Shown here in pieces: positions 1 through 9,984 of a DNA stretch of 64,000 nucleotides (positions are counted from its first letter, which is position 1; every line of letters begins with the position of its first letter). Below the pieces are notes generated by a model. It was given only the letters and a program-made list of their open reading frames with translations. It did no database searches and was not told where the DNA came from. The translations under genes and the position numbers were made by a program. Source of the DNA: Microgenomates group bacterium (GTDB taxonomy: Bacteria > Patescibacteriota > Microgenomatia > UBA12405); the NCBI GenBank assembly GCA_049303675.1, contig JBAQNJ010000001.1:278994-342993 (forward strand). Reading direction: 5' to 3'.

Positions 1-2013
1 TAATTTTGGTGATGGACAAATAATTGTGTTACCTACCCCCTCAATAAAATAATCATTTTTACCACAAATATTTTTTTTATATATTCCTGTTGGGGGTATC
101 AACCATGATTGATTTTCCTGTCCTTTCAACATTTCTCTCATCATATTATTCCAAATTGGCGTCGCTCCCGAAATTCCTGATGCCACCCAACTCATCGGAG
201 TATTATCATTATTGCCTACCCACGAGGCTACTAATATATTTGGTGTCCACCCGATACACCAATTATCCCGTAAATTATTGGTTGTCCCAGTTTTGACTGC
301 AATTGTATAGTTATCAATCTTAAGTTTTGAATTTAATCCAAATATCGGTGAACGTGCCTCATTATCACTTAGGGCACTATCAATTAAAAATGCCAGCTTA
401 GGGTCGACCGTATCCACCAACTCTGGTTTAATTGTAAATATTTCTTCACCCAAAAAATTTTCAATTTTTAATATTGGATTTATTTCAGTTTTTTTACCCA
501 TATTGGCAAATATGCTATATGCATTTGCCAACTCAATCATTTTTACCTCACCACTACCCAGAGCCAACGATAAACCATATCTACTTCTATCCTGCCAAGT
601 ACTTATTCCCATTTGTTGTGCCAAATCTATCATATTGTTTATCCCATTGGCCGCCAACAATTTTACTGAGGGAATATTCAATGACGACGCCAGTGCCGTT
701 CTCAATGTCACTTGCCCCATATATTTACCATTGTAGTTAACTGGTACATATTCTTTTTGCCCAGCAATTTTATAACTAACTTTTTGGTCATCAACCAGTG
801 ATAACAAACTCCAGCCATTTTTCAAAGCCAGCAGATAATTTATAGGTTTAATCGAAGACCCAGGTTGTCGTAGAGCAGTCGTCACATTATATTTTCCATC
901 TATTTCCGTAGAAAAATAATCTTTTGACCCCACCATAGCCAATACCTCCCCAGTATTAGGTTTTATCACCAATGCCGCCCCGTTAGAAATTCTCAATCTA
1001 TTTATATTTTTTAGTTCGTTAGCGACTATTTGTTCAGCTTTTTTTTGAACATTTATATCGAGACTTGTAGTTACTACCATTCCTCTTCTGGCAAAATTAT
1101 CATATCCAAATTTATTTTGTAAATATTCTTTTATGTAAAATACAAAATGAGGAGCCTCGATTTTTGGTTTGACAGTTACGATATTCAGACTTTGACTTCT
1201 TATTTCCGCAGCTTCATTTTCACTGATGAATCCAGCTACTCTCATCTCATTAATAACATGTTTTTGTCGCAAATACCCAAACCTTGGGTTATCTCCAGTT
1301 GGTGAATATGACGATGGTGCTGCTGGCAATCCTGCCAGATAAGCAGCCTCCGCTGTGTTTATATTCCACACATCTTTGCCAAAATATTTTTTTGATGCTT
1401 CTTCCACCCCATATGTTTCCCCGCCATATGCCACTTGGTTAAAATATTTCTCCAATATCTCCTCTTTCGACAATTTCCTCTCTACCATTAGGGCTAGGAT
1501 CATCTCTCGCATTTTTCTCGTCCATGTTTTTTCATTTGAAAAAAAGACACTTTTCACTAACTGTTGGGTTATTGTCGATCCTCCTCGTAGTCCATCACCA
1601 CTGTTTCTCTTTATAAAATTATAAATCACAGCAGTCATCACGCCTCTTAACGATATCCCCTGATGTGACAAGAACTCCTTATCTTCGATCGCCAATGTTG
1701 CTTGAATTAAGGATTTGGGTATTTTTTCATACTTTACCCATGTCCGATCTTCATCTTTATAGAATTTATAGAGCAGGACTCCATTTCTATCCAATATTTG
1801 TGAAGAAAGATTTGGCGGGTTATATATTTCATTTACATTCGGTAGGTTTCTCATTACATTAATATAAAACCACACCAAAATCCCCGTCATCCCCGTCAAC
1901 ATCAGGCCCACAAACAAATACGAAGATATGATTCTCCAAAATATTTTTAAAACATATAGTACTGGCCAGCCCAACGCGATTAATATTTTTTTAAGCCGGA
2001 AGATCAATCGCAT
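1..2013 (-). CDS. Class A penicillin-binding protein (PBP1A-like), second paralogue; 3' end cut by window edge
   Basis: Absent from the ORF track because it runs off position 1. Manual translation from the ATG (complement of 2011-2013) gives MRLIFRLKKIL... It has GT51 motifs EDKEFLSHQGIS and RGGSTITQQLVK and transpeptidase motifs PGSSIKP and KTGTTNN, colinear with the neighbouring 727-aa PBP. Confidence 0.85.
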   Translation of the reverse strand, partial: MRLIFRLKKILIALGWPVLYVLKIFWRIISSYLFVGLMLTGMTGILVWFYINVMRNLPNVNEIYNPPNLSSQILDRNGVLLYKFYKDEDRTWVKYEKIPKSLIQATLAIEDKEFLSHQGISLRGVMTAVIYNFIKRNSGDGLRGGSTITQQLVKSVFFSNEKTWTRKMREMILALMVERKLSKEEILEKYFNQVAYGGETYGVEEASKKYFGKDVWNINTAEAAYLAGLPAAPSSYSPTGDNPRFGYLRQKHVINEMRVAGFISENEAAEIRSQSLNIVTVKPKIEAPHFVFYIKEYLQNKFGYDNFARRGMVVTTSLDINVQKKAEQIVANELKNINRLRISNGAALVIKPNTGEVLAMVGSKDYFSTEIDGKYNVTTALRQPGSSIKPINYLLALKNGWSLLSLVDDQKVSYKIAGQKEYVPVNYNGKYMGQVTLRTALASSLNIPSVKLLAANGINNMIDLAQQMGISTWQDRSRYGLSLALGSGEVKMIELANAYSIFANMGKKTEINPILKIENFLGEEIFTIKPELVDTVDPKLAFLIDSALSDNEARSPIFGLNSKLKIDNYTIAVKTGTTNNLRDNWCIGWTPNILVASWVGNNDNTPMSWVASGISGATPIWNNMMREMLKGQENQSWLIPPTGIYKKNICGKNDYFIEGVGNTIICPSPKL

Positions 2014-2017
2014 TATT

Positions 2018-4201
2018 TTAGTTTATTATTGTCGCTGGTAATTTTACAGGGTTTGTCGTCCCTTGTTCCAAGTTCACTGGACAGTCCAAACACACCCACA
2101 CACCGGTGGCGTCTTTAACAGACAGGTGGTCTTGCCATTCAATGTTCGGACTGGTATCCCCCTCTTTAAGAGTCCTATTAGTGTCTTTGTCAATCAAAAT
2201 ATTATTACGTATAGACAACCTCTCTGTTGGCATAAACTCCTTTTTGAAGTATTCATAGTGTGAATCACAGCCACCATCTGGCGGTAGTTGCCCAGTTAAG
2301 TTGCACACCGATATTTTCTGGACATCTGTTGGCATCACTTGTTTCCTGACTATTTTATCCTTCAGTAGATATGTCATGATCTTATTCCAAATTGGTGCCG
2401 CCCCCGTGGTGCCTGATACCAAATATCCCATTCGACTATTATTATTATTGCCTACCCAAACAGCAGTTACCACATCTGGTGTATAGCCAATCGTCCAGTT
2501 GTCTCTTAGATCATTAGTGGTTCCCGTTTTTACGGCCACCTCACTATGCCCCTTTATATTTAGAAGGGAGCCTCTGCCAAATACCATTCCCCTAGCTCCA
2601 TCATCACTCAATATGTCAGTGATAATAAAACTTGTCTCTCGTGATAGCACTCGTTTTCCCGGAGTTTCTGTATAAGTTTCTAGGACTTTTCCATGGCGAT
2701 CAGTTATGTTTAGAATAGTAGTTAGCTCCTGCCTTACCCCTCCACTTGCCAAAACTCCAAAGGCAGTATTCATCTCTGTCATCATCACTTCGCCTCCTCC
2801 CAGTGTTAAGGACAGTCCATATTTCGATGGATCAGCATAAGTACTAATTCCCATGGCCGATGCCGATGCTACAAAATTTACTAGACCCACCAACTTTAGC
2901 GTTTTTACAGCGGGGATATTCAGCGAATTTCCTAGAGAATTCCTCAAACTTTGGACTCCAGTATATCTTCCTCCATAGTTTGTTGGACAATATAGTTTTT
3001 GTCCCTCGACTCTAAAGCACGTCGGGTCATCATCAAAAACTGTTGCGGCTGTGACCACCCCCATTTCAATTCCGGTGGCATAATTTAGAGGCTTGATTGA
3101 TGATCCCGGCTGTCTTAGAGCAGTGGTGACATTAAAATTTCCTTCAATATCATTGGCAAAATAATCTTTTGAACCGACCATTGCCAGCACCTGTCCATTT
3201 TTCGGATCAGTAATTAGGGCAGCTCCGTTGCTAATTTTCTGTTTTACTAGTTTAGCTGTCTCTGAGGCAATCACTTCTTGGGCATATTGTTGGATATCTC
3301 TATCGAGGGTAGTGGTAATCCTCAGCCCTCCTTCGTTCACCATTTTTGCTCCATATTTTTCAATCAGTTGTTCTTTGACATAAAACACAAAATGAGGTGC
3401 TATTATTTTGTCTTTATTCACATAATAGTTCAAAGGTTCTCTTGCCGCCTTCTCTTTTTCCTCGCCACTAATATATCCCAGTTCCTGCATTCTGGTTAGC
3501 ACCATTAACTGCCTATTTTTTGCCGCTTCAGGGTAAGCAAAAGGAGAGTACCTTGTCGGCGAACCAGGTAGACCAGCCAATAATGCCATCTCTGCCAAGG
3601 TTAAGTCTTTGACCTCCTTGTTAAAGATCCCCTTGGCAGCTGCCTTCACCCCCCAGAGTGTTCCTCCGTATGGTGTTTGGTTAAAATACATCTCCAATAT
3701 CTGGTTCTTACTATATAGTATCTCAGTTACTACCGTCAAAATAGCCTCTTTTATTTTTCTGGTCCATGTCCTTTCTCGGGTCAACAGGGCGTTCTTGACT
3801 AATTGTTGGGTTAGGGTCGATCCTCCTTGAAGCCGTTTTTGAAAGACTGTCCTGTACAGACCTCTCATAATACCTTTTATATCAAAACCGCTGTGGCTAT
3901 AAAAATTAGCATCTTCTATCGCCATTGTTGCTTTTATCAAGTTAATCGGTATTTGGTCAAATCCAATAATATTTCTTTTTTTATCCGTATATATTTCATA
4001 AATTAGTTTTCCATTTCTGTCGTATATTTCCGAATTTTCAGGGTAAGTGTCAGAACTCAACTTTGTCGGATTGGGCATATCCCGCAGCACATAACCTAAT
4101 CCCAACACAATTATTAGCAATATACCCCCCGATACTATTAGTCCTTTATTCCTAATAGTTCCAGGTAAAACGAGTTTTTTCTTGATTTTTGTTCCAATCA
4201 T
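2018..4201 (-). CDS. Class A penicillin-binding protein (transglycosylase + transpeptidase)
   Basis: N-terminal TM segment. GT51 motifs EDANFYSHSGFD and GGSTLTQQLVKN; SxxK motif PGSSIKP; KTG motif KTGTTND. Confidence 0.9.
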   Translation of the reverse strand: MIGTKIKKKLVLPGTIRNKGLIVSGGILLIIVLGLGYVLRDMPNPTKLSSDTYPENSEIYDRNGKLIYEIYTDKKRNIIGFDQIPINLIKATMAIEDANFYSHSGFDIKGIMRGLYRTVFQKRLQGGSTLTQQLVKNALLTRERTWTRKIKEAILTVVTEILYSKNQILEMYFNQTPYGGTLWGVKAAAKGIFNKEVKDLTLAEMALLAGLPGSPTRYSPFAYPEAAKNRQLMVLTRMQELGYISGEEKEKAAREPLNYYVNKDKIIAPHFVFYVKEQLIEKYGAKMVNEGGLRITTTLDRDIQQYAQEVIASETAKLVKQKISNGAALITDPKNGQVLAMVGSKDYFANDIEGNFNVTTALRQPGSSIKPLNYATGIEMGVVTAATVFDDDPTCFRVEGQKLYCPTNYGGRYTGVQSLRNSLGNSLNIPAVKTLKLVGLVNFVASASAMGISTYADPSKYGLSLTLGGGEVMMTEMNTAFGVLASGGVRQELTTILNITDRHGKVLETYTETPGKRVLSRETSFIITDILSDDGARGMVFGRGSLLNIKGHSEVAVKTGTTNDLRDNWTIGYTPDVVTAVWVGNNNNSRMGYLVSGTTGAAPIWNKIMTYLLKDKIVRKQVMPTDVQKISVCNLTGQLPPDGGCDSHYEYFKKEFMPTERLSIRNNILIDKDTNRTLKEGDTSPNIEWQDHLSVKDATGVWVCLDCPVNLEQGTTNPVKLPATIIN

Positions 4202-4781
4202 CTATTCGATTTATTAGTTTTGAATAATTTTCTTGGTCTAATTCATATTCACCCTTATTTCTAGTAAATATTTCGCCATAAGCAAACCCAGCCCACAATA
4301 TTTGCGTTCTAAATTGTCTTAATTGGGCATCAGTTACCTTCAGCTGCTTAATTAAACCGTCCGAATATTCTAGTTTATCCACAGCTTCATTTCCAGACTC
4401 AATTGCCAAATTTCGGTTACCATCTTTGGCCAATTTCTCAAACTCCACTGCTTTTTTGTCGGCGATTAGCAATGCCACCTTCACTTTTTCATTTCCCTGA
4501 CTAAAGGTAATCCACAAAAAATCTCTGACTCTTTTAAAACCATAAAGAATATTACTCGGTAACATCCCCGTTTGTGGTAACTTATATGTTCCTGCCAAAG
4601 TTTCCCCATCGTCGAAATTTTTTAGAAATTTAATTTCATCATTTTTTAGACCAGCATAAGCGCCATCCTCAGCCATTAAATTCAACCCCGCCCTTGTCAT
4701 AGACACAAACAGTATCACCACTCCTAGGCCAACTGCGATAACTCTTAACAATATCTTCATATGTCTATCCAATTTTATCAT
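4152..4781 (-). CDS. Hypothetical membrane-anchored protein
   Basis: 209-aa ORF with one N-terminal hydrophobic helix (LLRVIAVGLGVVILFV). Purine-rich codon style typical of minus-strand genes here. Overlaps the PBP start by 50 nt. Confidence 0.5.
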   Translation of the reverse strand: MIKLDRHMKILLRVIAVGLGVVILFVSMTRAGLNLMAEDGAYAGLKNDEIKFLKNFDDGETLAGTYKLPQTGMLPSNILYGFKRVRDFLWITFSQGNEKVKVALLIADKKAVEFEKLAKDGNRNLAIESGNEAVDKLEYSDGLIKQLKVTDAQLRQFRTQILWAGFAYGEIFTRNKGEYELDQENYSKLINRIDDWNKNQEKTRFTWNY

Positions 4782-5541
4782 CTGGATGGAAAAAAGCCCT
4801 CTTTAGATCCACTTGTCCATTCTTAATTTTATTTTTCATGTACAATTTTTGCGGCCAGTAGACCAGCCAATTTATAAAGTTTAAAAATATTGTCTCATTT
4901 CTTTGTTTTGACTTTTTACTTTTTACTTTTGACTTTCGACTATATGGCGTCGCCACATATCTCCCAATCCACTTATTTTCCCTTATAAATTTCTTATATA
5001 TGCCACTTCTGTCTAGTACCGGTACCATCAATATTGAATCCATGGCATTTTTCAAGTTTTGCCTTTTTTGAGGTATTTCCAGCACGTCCTCTTCTAGCCA
5101 CAAATTAAAACAGAATTCATCACCCTTTTCGTTTTTGCCATACTTTCTATGGGGGATACCTCTTAATACCACAAATATTCTCAGCCACAATCTTGTCACC
5201 CATAGGCGGTTTTGTCTGGTGACAATCATCAAATCTATGTCGTCATCGACTTTTGGGTAGCCCGCCGCTACCGAGCCAGTTATGCCAACCAACAAAATAT
5301 TAGGGAAAAACTTTTCAATTAGTTTTACCACCTCCTTTGTTTTTACTATTTTATTATTCTTATTTTTAATTTTTAATTCGTAATTATTAATTCGTAATTT
5401 TTCCAATGCTCTATTTATGAGTTTTTCATTAAATACTGCCCCAGAAATCAAACGTTCCTTTATCACCCGTTTACTATATTCCACCCCATATTTTCTACCG
5501 TATTCTCTAGTTTTATTAATTGCCTCGTTTAATTGGTCCAC
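4765..5541 (-). CDS. Nucleotidyltransferase-fold protein
   Basis: Minimal NTase signature GITGSVAAGYPKVDDDIDLMIV (G-S ... DxD). GTG start 5 nt after a TAGAAT -10 box. Confidence 0.55.
   Translation of the reverse strand: MDQLNEAINKTREYGRKYGVEYSKRVIKERLISGAVFNEKLINRALEKLRINNYELKIKNKNNKIVKTKEVVKLIEKFFPNILLVGITGSVAAGYPKVDDDIDLMIVTRQNRLWVTRLWLRIFVVLRGIPHRKYGKNEKGDEFCFNLWLEEDVLEIPQKRQNLKNAMDSILMVPVLDRSGIYKKFIRENKWIGRYVATPYSRKSKVKSKKSKQRNETIFLNFINWLVYWPQKLYMKNKIKNGQVDLKRAFFHPDDKIG
4906..4940 (+). repeat. Tandem heptamer array TTTTGAC TTTTTAC TTTTTAC TTTTGAC TTTCGAC
   Basis: Read directly. Translated on the opposite strand as the KSKVKSKKSK tail region of the NTase-fold ORF. Confidence 0.85.
5367..5401 (+). 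repeat. Tandem heptamer array TAATTTT TAATTCG TAATTAT TAATTCG TAATTTT
   Basis: Read directly. Lies in the NTase-fold ORF (peptide LRINNYELKIKNKN). Confidence 0.8.
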
Positions 5542-5577
5542 TCTCTATTCTACCTTGGTATAATAATAGTCGTATCT

Positions 5578-7080
5578 ATGAATAAAAATGGCCGTTTATA
5601 CCGAATTCTTGAGATGGTTCCAGGAGTGTTTGCTTGGACAGCCATCACTTTCCCCATTTGGGGAGCCTTTATTTTTCCCAAGGTGGTTGCCTATTTTGTG
5701 ATTGCTTTTCTAATTTACTGGCTTTTTCAATCATTCAAATCAGCCATTTTTGCCATTATTGGTTATTTCAAAATTCATCGAGCTCAAAACACCTTGTGGT
5801 TTGAGCTATACAAACAACACCAAGATACCTCATGGTTGGAATATTCCAAAATTCACCATGTAATTATCATTTCCTCATACAAAGAACCTGTTGAAGTTAT
5901 CGACATGGCTGTAGGCAGTCTAGCTGCTCAAATTGATATCGACCTGCATCAGCTCCATGTGATTGTCGCCCAAGAGCAACGTGCCGGTATAGAAAATAAT
6001 CAGAGAACAATCAAATATTTTCAATCAAAATACAAAAACATTTTTGGCAACTTAATTTTTACCGAACATCCAGCAAATATCCATGGTGAAACTATTGGCA
6101 AACACAGCAACGAGGCCTACGCCGCCAAATATTTCAAAAAACACTATATCGATAATCACCAGTTTGATATTAATTTTCTAACACTCAGTTCTTGTGACGT
6201 TGATACTATTTTTAATCCCAAATATTTCTCTGCTCTTACTTATAACTTCGCCTCTTCCCCAAATCGTTATTTTAGATTCTGGCAGTCTCCCATCTTTTGG
6301 CATCACAATATTAATAGTGTCCCAGGACCAATTAGAATCATCGGAACTCTAGGCAATGTCATTCACATCGCCAATATTCAGGAGCCAGATGGTTTGTTTT
6401 TTAATTACTCCTGCTATTCATCGTCATATAAACTAATCGATTCAGCCGGTTACTGGGATGTCGACATGATACCTGAAGACTGGCATATTTTTCTCCAAAC
6501 ATTTTTTAGTAGCGGTGGTCGTAGCCAGGTTGAACCTATATTTCTCCCTACCATTGTCGACGCCCCCGATGGCAACAACTATCTTGACGCTCTCAAAAAT
6601 AGATACTCTCAATCCGTTCGTCACGCCTGGGGGGCTATTGATATACCCTATGCTATCCGCCAATCTGTGCTTCACCCCGAAATACCCTTTATCACCCGAG
6701 CCCTCCGTGTTTACAAGTTAGTCGAATCACATTTCATTTGGTCTAGTAATTGGTTCATCCTTACCCTAGGCACTTCACTTCCTGTTGTTCTCAACCCCAA
6801 ATTCTTCCAAACCACTATTGGTTTCAACCTACCTCGTATTTCCAATATCATTCTTACGCTCTGTCTTTTCCCGCTCATCTCCCTAATAATTCTCGACTGG
6901 AAACTCCGGCCAAAATATCAAAAAACTGGATTCAAAAATATCATGAACAATATCCTTCAATGGCCTTTTATGCCTTTGGCTACCTTGACCATGTCTGTCC
7001 TCCCCGGTCTCCATTCTCATACTCGACTCATGTTGGGCCAAAGGCTGGAATACAAGACTACCCAAAAAAAGGCAAAGTAA
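5578..7080 (+). CDS. Family 2 glycosyltransferase-like integral membrane protein
   Basis: VIIISSYKEPVEV, SSCDVD and a QSVRHAWG (Q-x-x-R-W-like) motif, flanked by TM segments. I prefer the ATG at 5578 (MNKNGRLY), 13 nt after TGGTATAAT, over the track start at 5533. Confidence 0.6.
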   Translation: MNKNGRLYRILEMVPGVFAWTAITFPIWGAFIFPKVVAYFVIAFLIYWLFQSFKSAIFAIIGYFKIHRAQNTLWFELYKQHQDTSWLEYSKIHHVIIISSYKEPVEVIDMAVGSLAAQIDIDLHQLHVIVAQEQRAGIENNQRTIKYFQSKYKNIFGNLIFTEHPANIHGETIGKHSNEAYAAKYFKKHYIDNHQFDINFLTLSSCDVDTIFNPKYFSALTYNFASSPNRYFRFWQSPIFWHHNINSVPGPIRIIGTLGNVIHIANIQEPDGLFFNYSCYSSSYKLIDSAGYWDVDMIPEDWHIFLQTFFSSGGRSQVEPIFLPTIVDAPDGNNYLDALKNRYSQSVRHAWGAIDIPYAIRQSVLHPEIPFITRALRVYKLVESHFIWSSNWFILTLGTSLPVVLNPKFFQTTIGFNLPRISNIILTLCLFPLISLIILDWKLRPKYQKTGFKNIMNNILQWPFMPLATLTMSVLPGLHSHTRLMLGQRLEYKTTQKKAK

Positions 7081-7093
7081 GCTAAAATATTTT

Positions 7094-8545
7094 ATGGTCA
7101 AGGTTTTTATACACAAGAACCGTTTTTTTATTATTCTATTTTTAATTTTTGTTTTATTACGTTTACCTTCTCTTTTTGAACCATATTGGTATGGCGATGA
7201 GGGGATTTATCTGGTACTAGGTCAAGCCATCCGTAGAGGTCTTGTTCTCTATACCCAAATTCACGATAACAAACCACCCACTCTCTATTACCTCGCTGCC
7301 CTTGCCCAGACAGTTTTTGGTTTTCGGCTTCTGTTGGCCCTATTCATGGCCGGAGCTTACTATTATTTTTATTTATTATCCAATAAATTATTGTCCTCAA
7401 AACTTTCTCAAGTTTCTTGTTTCTTGTTTCTTGTTTTAACTTCCATTCCCCTAATCGAAGGTAATATCGCCAATGCCGAGGTCTTTATGCTCCTCCCCAC
7501 TATTGCCGGTATATATTATTTTCTCTATTCCCATTCTAGTTTCAAATTTCTAGTTTCAGGCCTTTTACTTGGTTTCGCTTTCACCATCAAAATTCCAGTA
7601 GTAGTCGAATTTGGTTTTCTTGGTCTCTGGCTATTGATAAACAATAAAAATAATATCTACTCTACTCTAAAAAATTTATTCTTCTTCTCTCTTGGTTTCA
7701 TTTTTCCTTTTACCCTATACTTTATTTATTTTTATTTTAAGGGGGCTTTATCAGATTTTGTCTTCGCCTCAATTCTCCAAAATTTTGGCTATCTATCATC
7801 ATGGCAAACAGGCACTCACTCTGGCACGGCCACCAATAGTGGGTTGATAATCAGAGCCGTTACTCTGCTTGTTTTTTGGGGCACCACTTATTATCTGTAT
7901 TTAAAAAAATATCTCACCAAAAACACTTACCTTATTTTATTTTGGTTTTCTGCCACCATTTTTGGTGCACTTTTATCTGCCCGCCCATATCCTCACTATT
8001 TGATTCAGGTCACTCCGCCTCTCTGTCTGTTGATTCTCGCTATTTTTGATTCCAAGTTACATCCAAAAATTCGCTACTTTATTTTATTTTTGTGTTTTGT
8101 GTTTTGTGTTTTGATTTTTAGATTTAAATTCTATGCCTATCCCGTCTTTTCCTATTATAAAAACTATTATTCCCATCTCACCAGTCTAAGCTCACGCAGT
8201 TATCGAAATTATTTTGGATCCCGAGTTGACGATACCTACCAAATTTCCCAATACCTAAAAGACAATACCAGTCCTAACGACAAAATATTTGTTTGGGCCG
8301 ACGAACCCTATATTTATGCTCTCTCTTCTCGACTGCCAGTCGGCCGATTTACGGTTGCCTATCATATAGTCGACTTCAACCAGTACCTGCCCACATACAA
8401 CCAATTAATTGTTGATTTTCCCAAAGTAATTGTTACTTTTCCAATGAATAATCGACCCTATCCCGAACTCGAGAGATTACTAAAACTTTACTATCATCCC
8501 GATGCCAGCATCGGTGACTCAACCATATATTTTCGTACAGATTAA
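7094..8545 (+). CDS. GT39/GT83 (ArnT/PMT-like) polytopic glycosyltransferase
   Basis: About 12 TM segments. N-terminal YWYGDEGIYLVLGQ...HDNKPPTLYYL loop typical of ArnT/PMT-type lipid-linked sugar transferases. Confidence 0.6.
   Translation: MVKVFIHKNRFFIILFLIFVLLRLPSLFEPYWYGDEGIYLVLGQAIRRGLVLYTQIHDNKPPTLYYLAALAQTVFGFRLLLALFMAGAYYYFYLLSNKLLSSKLSQVSCFLFLVLTSIPLIEGNIANAEVFMLLPTIAGIYYFLYSHSSFKFLVSGLLLGFAFTIKIPVVVEFGFLGLWLLINNKNNIYSTLKNLFFFSLGFIFPFTLYFIYFYFKGALSDFVFASILQNFGYLSSWQTGTHSGTATNSGLIIRAVTLLVFWGTTYYLYLKKYLTKNTYLILFWFSATIFGALLSARPYPHYLIQVTPPLCLLILAIFDSKLHPKIRYFILFLCFVFCVLIFRFKFYAYPVFSYYKNYYSHLTSLSSRSYRNYFGSRVDDTYQISQYLKDNTSPNDKIFVWADEPYIYALSSRLPVGRFTVAYHIVDFNQYLPTYNQLIVDFPKVIVTFPMNNRPYPELERLLKLYYHPDASIGDSTIYFRTD
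7413..7433 (+). repeat. Tandem heptamer (TTTCTTG)x3, 21 nt
   Basis: Exact triplication read directly. Translated as CFLFLVL in a TM segment. Confidence 0.9.
8088..8108 (+). repeat. Tandem heptamer (TTTTGTG)x3, 21 nt
   Basis: Exact triplication read directly. Translated as LCFVFCVL in a TM segment. Confidence 0.9.
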
Positions 8546-8547
8546 AC

Positions 8548-8928
8548 ATGTCCATTTTCCACCGAGCCTCGATTTACATCTCTAAAATAGGTCAATTCTG
8601 GCAGGAGGATATCAATGGTACTATCCTGCGCTGGAATCTAGCTATTATCATCCTCCAGCTTATTTTTATTTGGTATTGGTACACGGATCTCCCTCCCGAA
8701 ATACCATTATTTTATTCACGCCCCTGGGGGGCAGAACAGTTGGCCGGCAGTTCTAAAGTCTTTCTCCTGCCCATGTTTTCGTTTTCAACTGTGTTGTTAA
8801 ACAACCTTTTGGCCATCTTTTTCCTCCGTTACAATCTACTGCTATCCAGATTGCTCATAGTTGTGTCACTGCTGTTCTCAATATTTTCATTCGTTGCTGT
8901 TTTTCGGTCAATTAGTCTCATCATTTAA
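8548..8928 (+). CDS. Hypothetical small membrane protein
   Basis: 126 aa with 3-4 hydrophobic helices, tightly packed between glycosyltransferase genes. Confidence 0.45.
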   Translation: MSIFHRASIYISKIGQFWQEDINGTILRWNLAIIILQLIFIWYWYTDLPPEIPLFYSRPWGAEQLAGSSKVFLLPMFSFSTVLLNNLLAIFFLRYNLLLSRLLIVVSLLFSIFSFVAVFRSISLII

Positions 8929-9984
8929 ATGATAAATACTTTTTATTTTTCATTACTTACCTCCTTTATTATTGTACTTATTCTGACACCTGTCATTCGA
9001 AACTATTTTATTTCCAAATCATTTATCGAAGACCCTTTGGAAAAACAGGCTAAAACCAACAATGCTACAGCTACCACCAAGTTACCTCGGGGAGGTGGAC
9101 TATCTATCTTTTTGGGGATTTTTTTATCACTTATTATCTTTCTTCCTCTCGACAAACATTTAATCGGCATTATCCTAGCACTTTGCCTCACTTTGTTAGT
9201 CGGTGTCTGGGACGATATCCACGATGTCAGTCCTAAAATCAGATTGTTTACCAATCTATTGGCAGCCGTAATTGTTGTTTCCTCTGGCGTTGGTATTGCC
9301 TATATTTCCAATCCATTTGGCGGAATAATTGACTTATCGTTTTTACAGTACACGTTCGATTTCTTTGGTACCCATAGTATCTGGATTCTCTCCGACATCC
9401 TCGCTATCATTTGGATAGTCTGGTGCATGAATATCACCGGCTGGTCTGGGGGAGTTGAAGGACAACTCCCAGGGTTTGTCGGTATCTCCGCCTTGTTTAT
9501 TGGTTTTGTCGGACTCAAGTATTCACAGGATATCTCCCAATGGCCGCTAATAATATTTTCTGCCATTGTCACCGGATCATATTTTGGATTTTTGCCCTAC
9601 AACTTTCATCCCCAATCAATCATGATTGGTTATAGTGGTAAAAGTATTGCTGGACTATCTCTGGCCATTCTGTCCATCCTCTCAGGGGCCAAACTAGCCA
9701 CTCTTTTTTTACTAATGGCCATTCCTATGTTGGATGCTATATTTGTAATTGTTCGCCGCTTTATTCAAAGGAAGTCCCTCGTCAGATCAGATGGTCAGCA
9801 TCTCCATCATCAATTACTCAAGTTGGGATGGAGTAGCCAAAAAATAGCTATTTTCTATTGGGCAGTTAGTTTATTTATGGGAATTATTACACTCTATCTC
9901 AATACCCAGCAAAAAATAATTGTTAGTCTTTTTATTTTAATTATCTTCTCTTTTTCACTGGCTACAATATCTCGGCGTATTTAG
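8929..9984 (+). CDS. Glycosyltransferase family 4 (MraY/WecA-type polyprenyl-phosphate sugar-1-phosphate transferase)
   Basis: Polytopic protein with VGVWDDIHDVSPKIRL (DD motif) and NITGWSGGVEG loops characteristic of the MraY/WecA family. Confidence 0.75.
   Translation: MINTFYFSLLTSFIIVLILTPVIRNYFISKSFIEDPLEKQAKTNNATATTKLPRGGGLSIFLGIFLSLIIFLPLDKHLIGIILALCLTLLVGVWDDIHDVSPKIRLFTNLLAAVIVVSSGVGIAYISNPFGGIIDLSFLQYTFDFFGTHSIWILSDILAIIWIVWCMNITGWSGGVEGQLPGFVGISALFIGFVGLKYSQDISQWPLIIFSAIVTGSYFGFLPYNFHPQSIMIGYSGKSIAGLSLAILSILSGAKLATLFLLMAIPMLDAIFVIVRRFIQRKSLVRSDGQHLHHQLLKLGWSSQKIAIFYWAVSLFMGIITLYLNTQQKIIVSLFILIIFSFSLATISRRI

Noticed and set aside
2063-4000. Numerous antisense ORFs (for example 2063..2263, 3278..3499, 3609..3830, 12871..13182, 13810..14176, 15247..15739, 18773..19413, 42385..42660, 57752..58189)
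   Set aside because: They are shadows of well-supported genes on the opposite strand. The strong purine/pyrimidine strand bias removes stop codons from antisense frames. Their peptides are low-complexity (S/P/L/F-rich) with no motifs.
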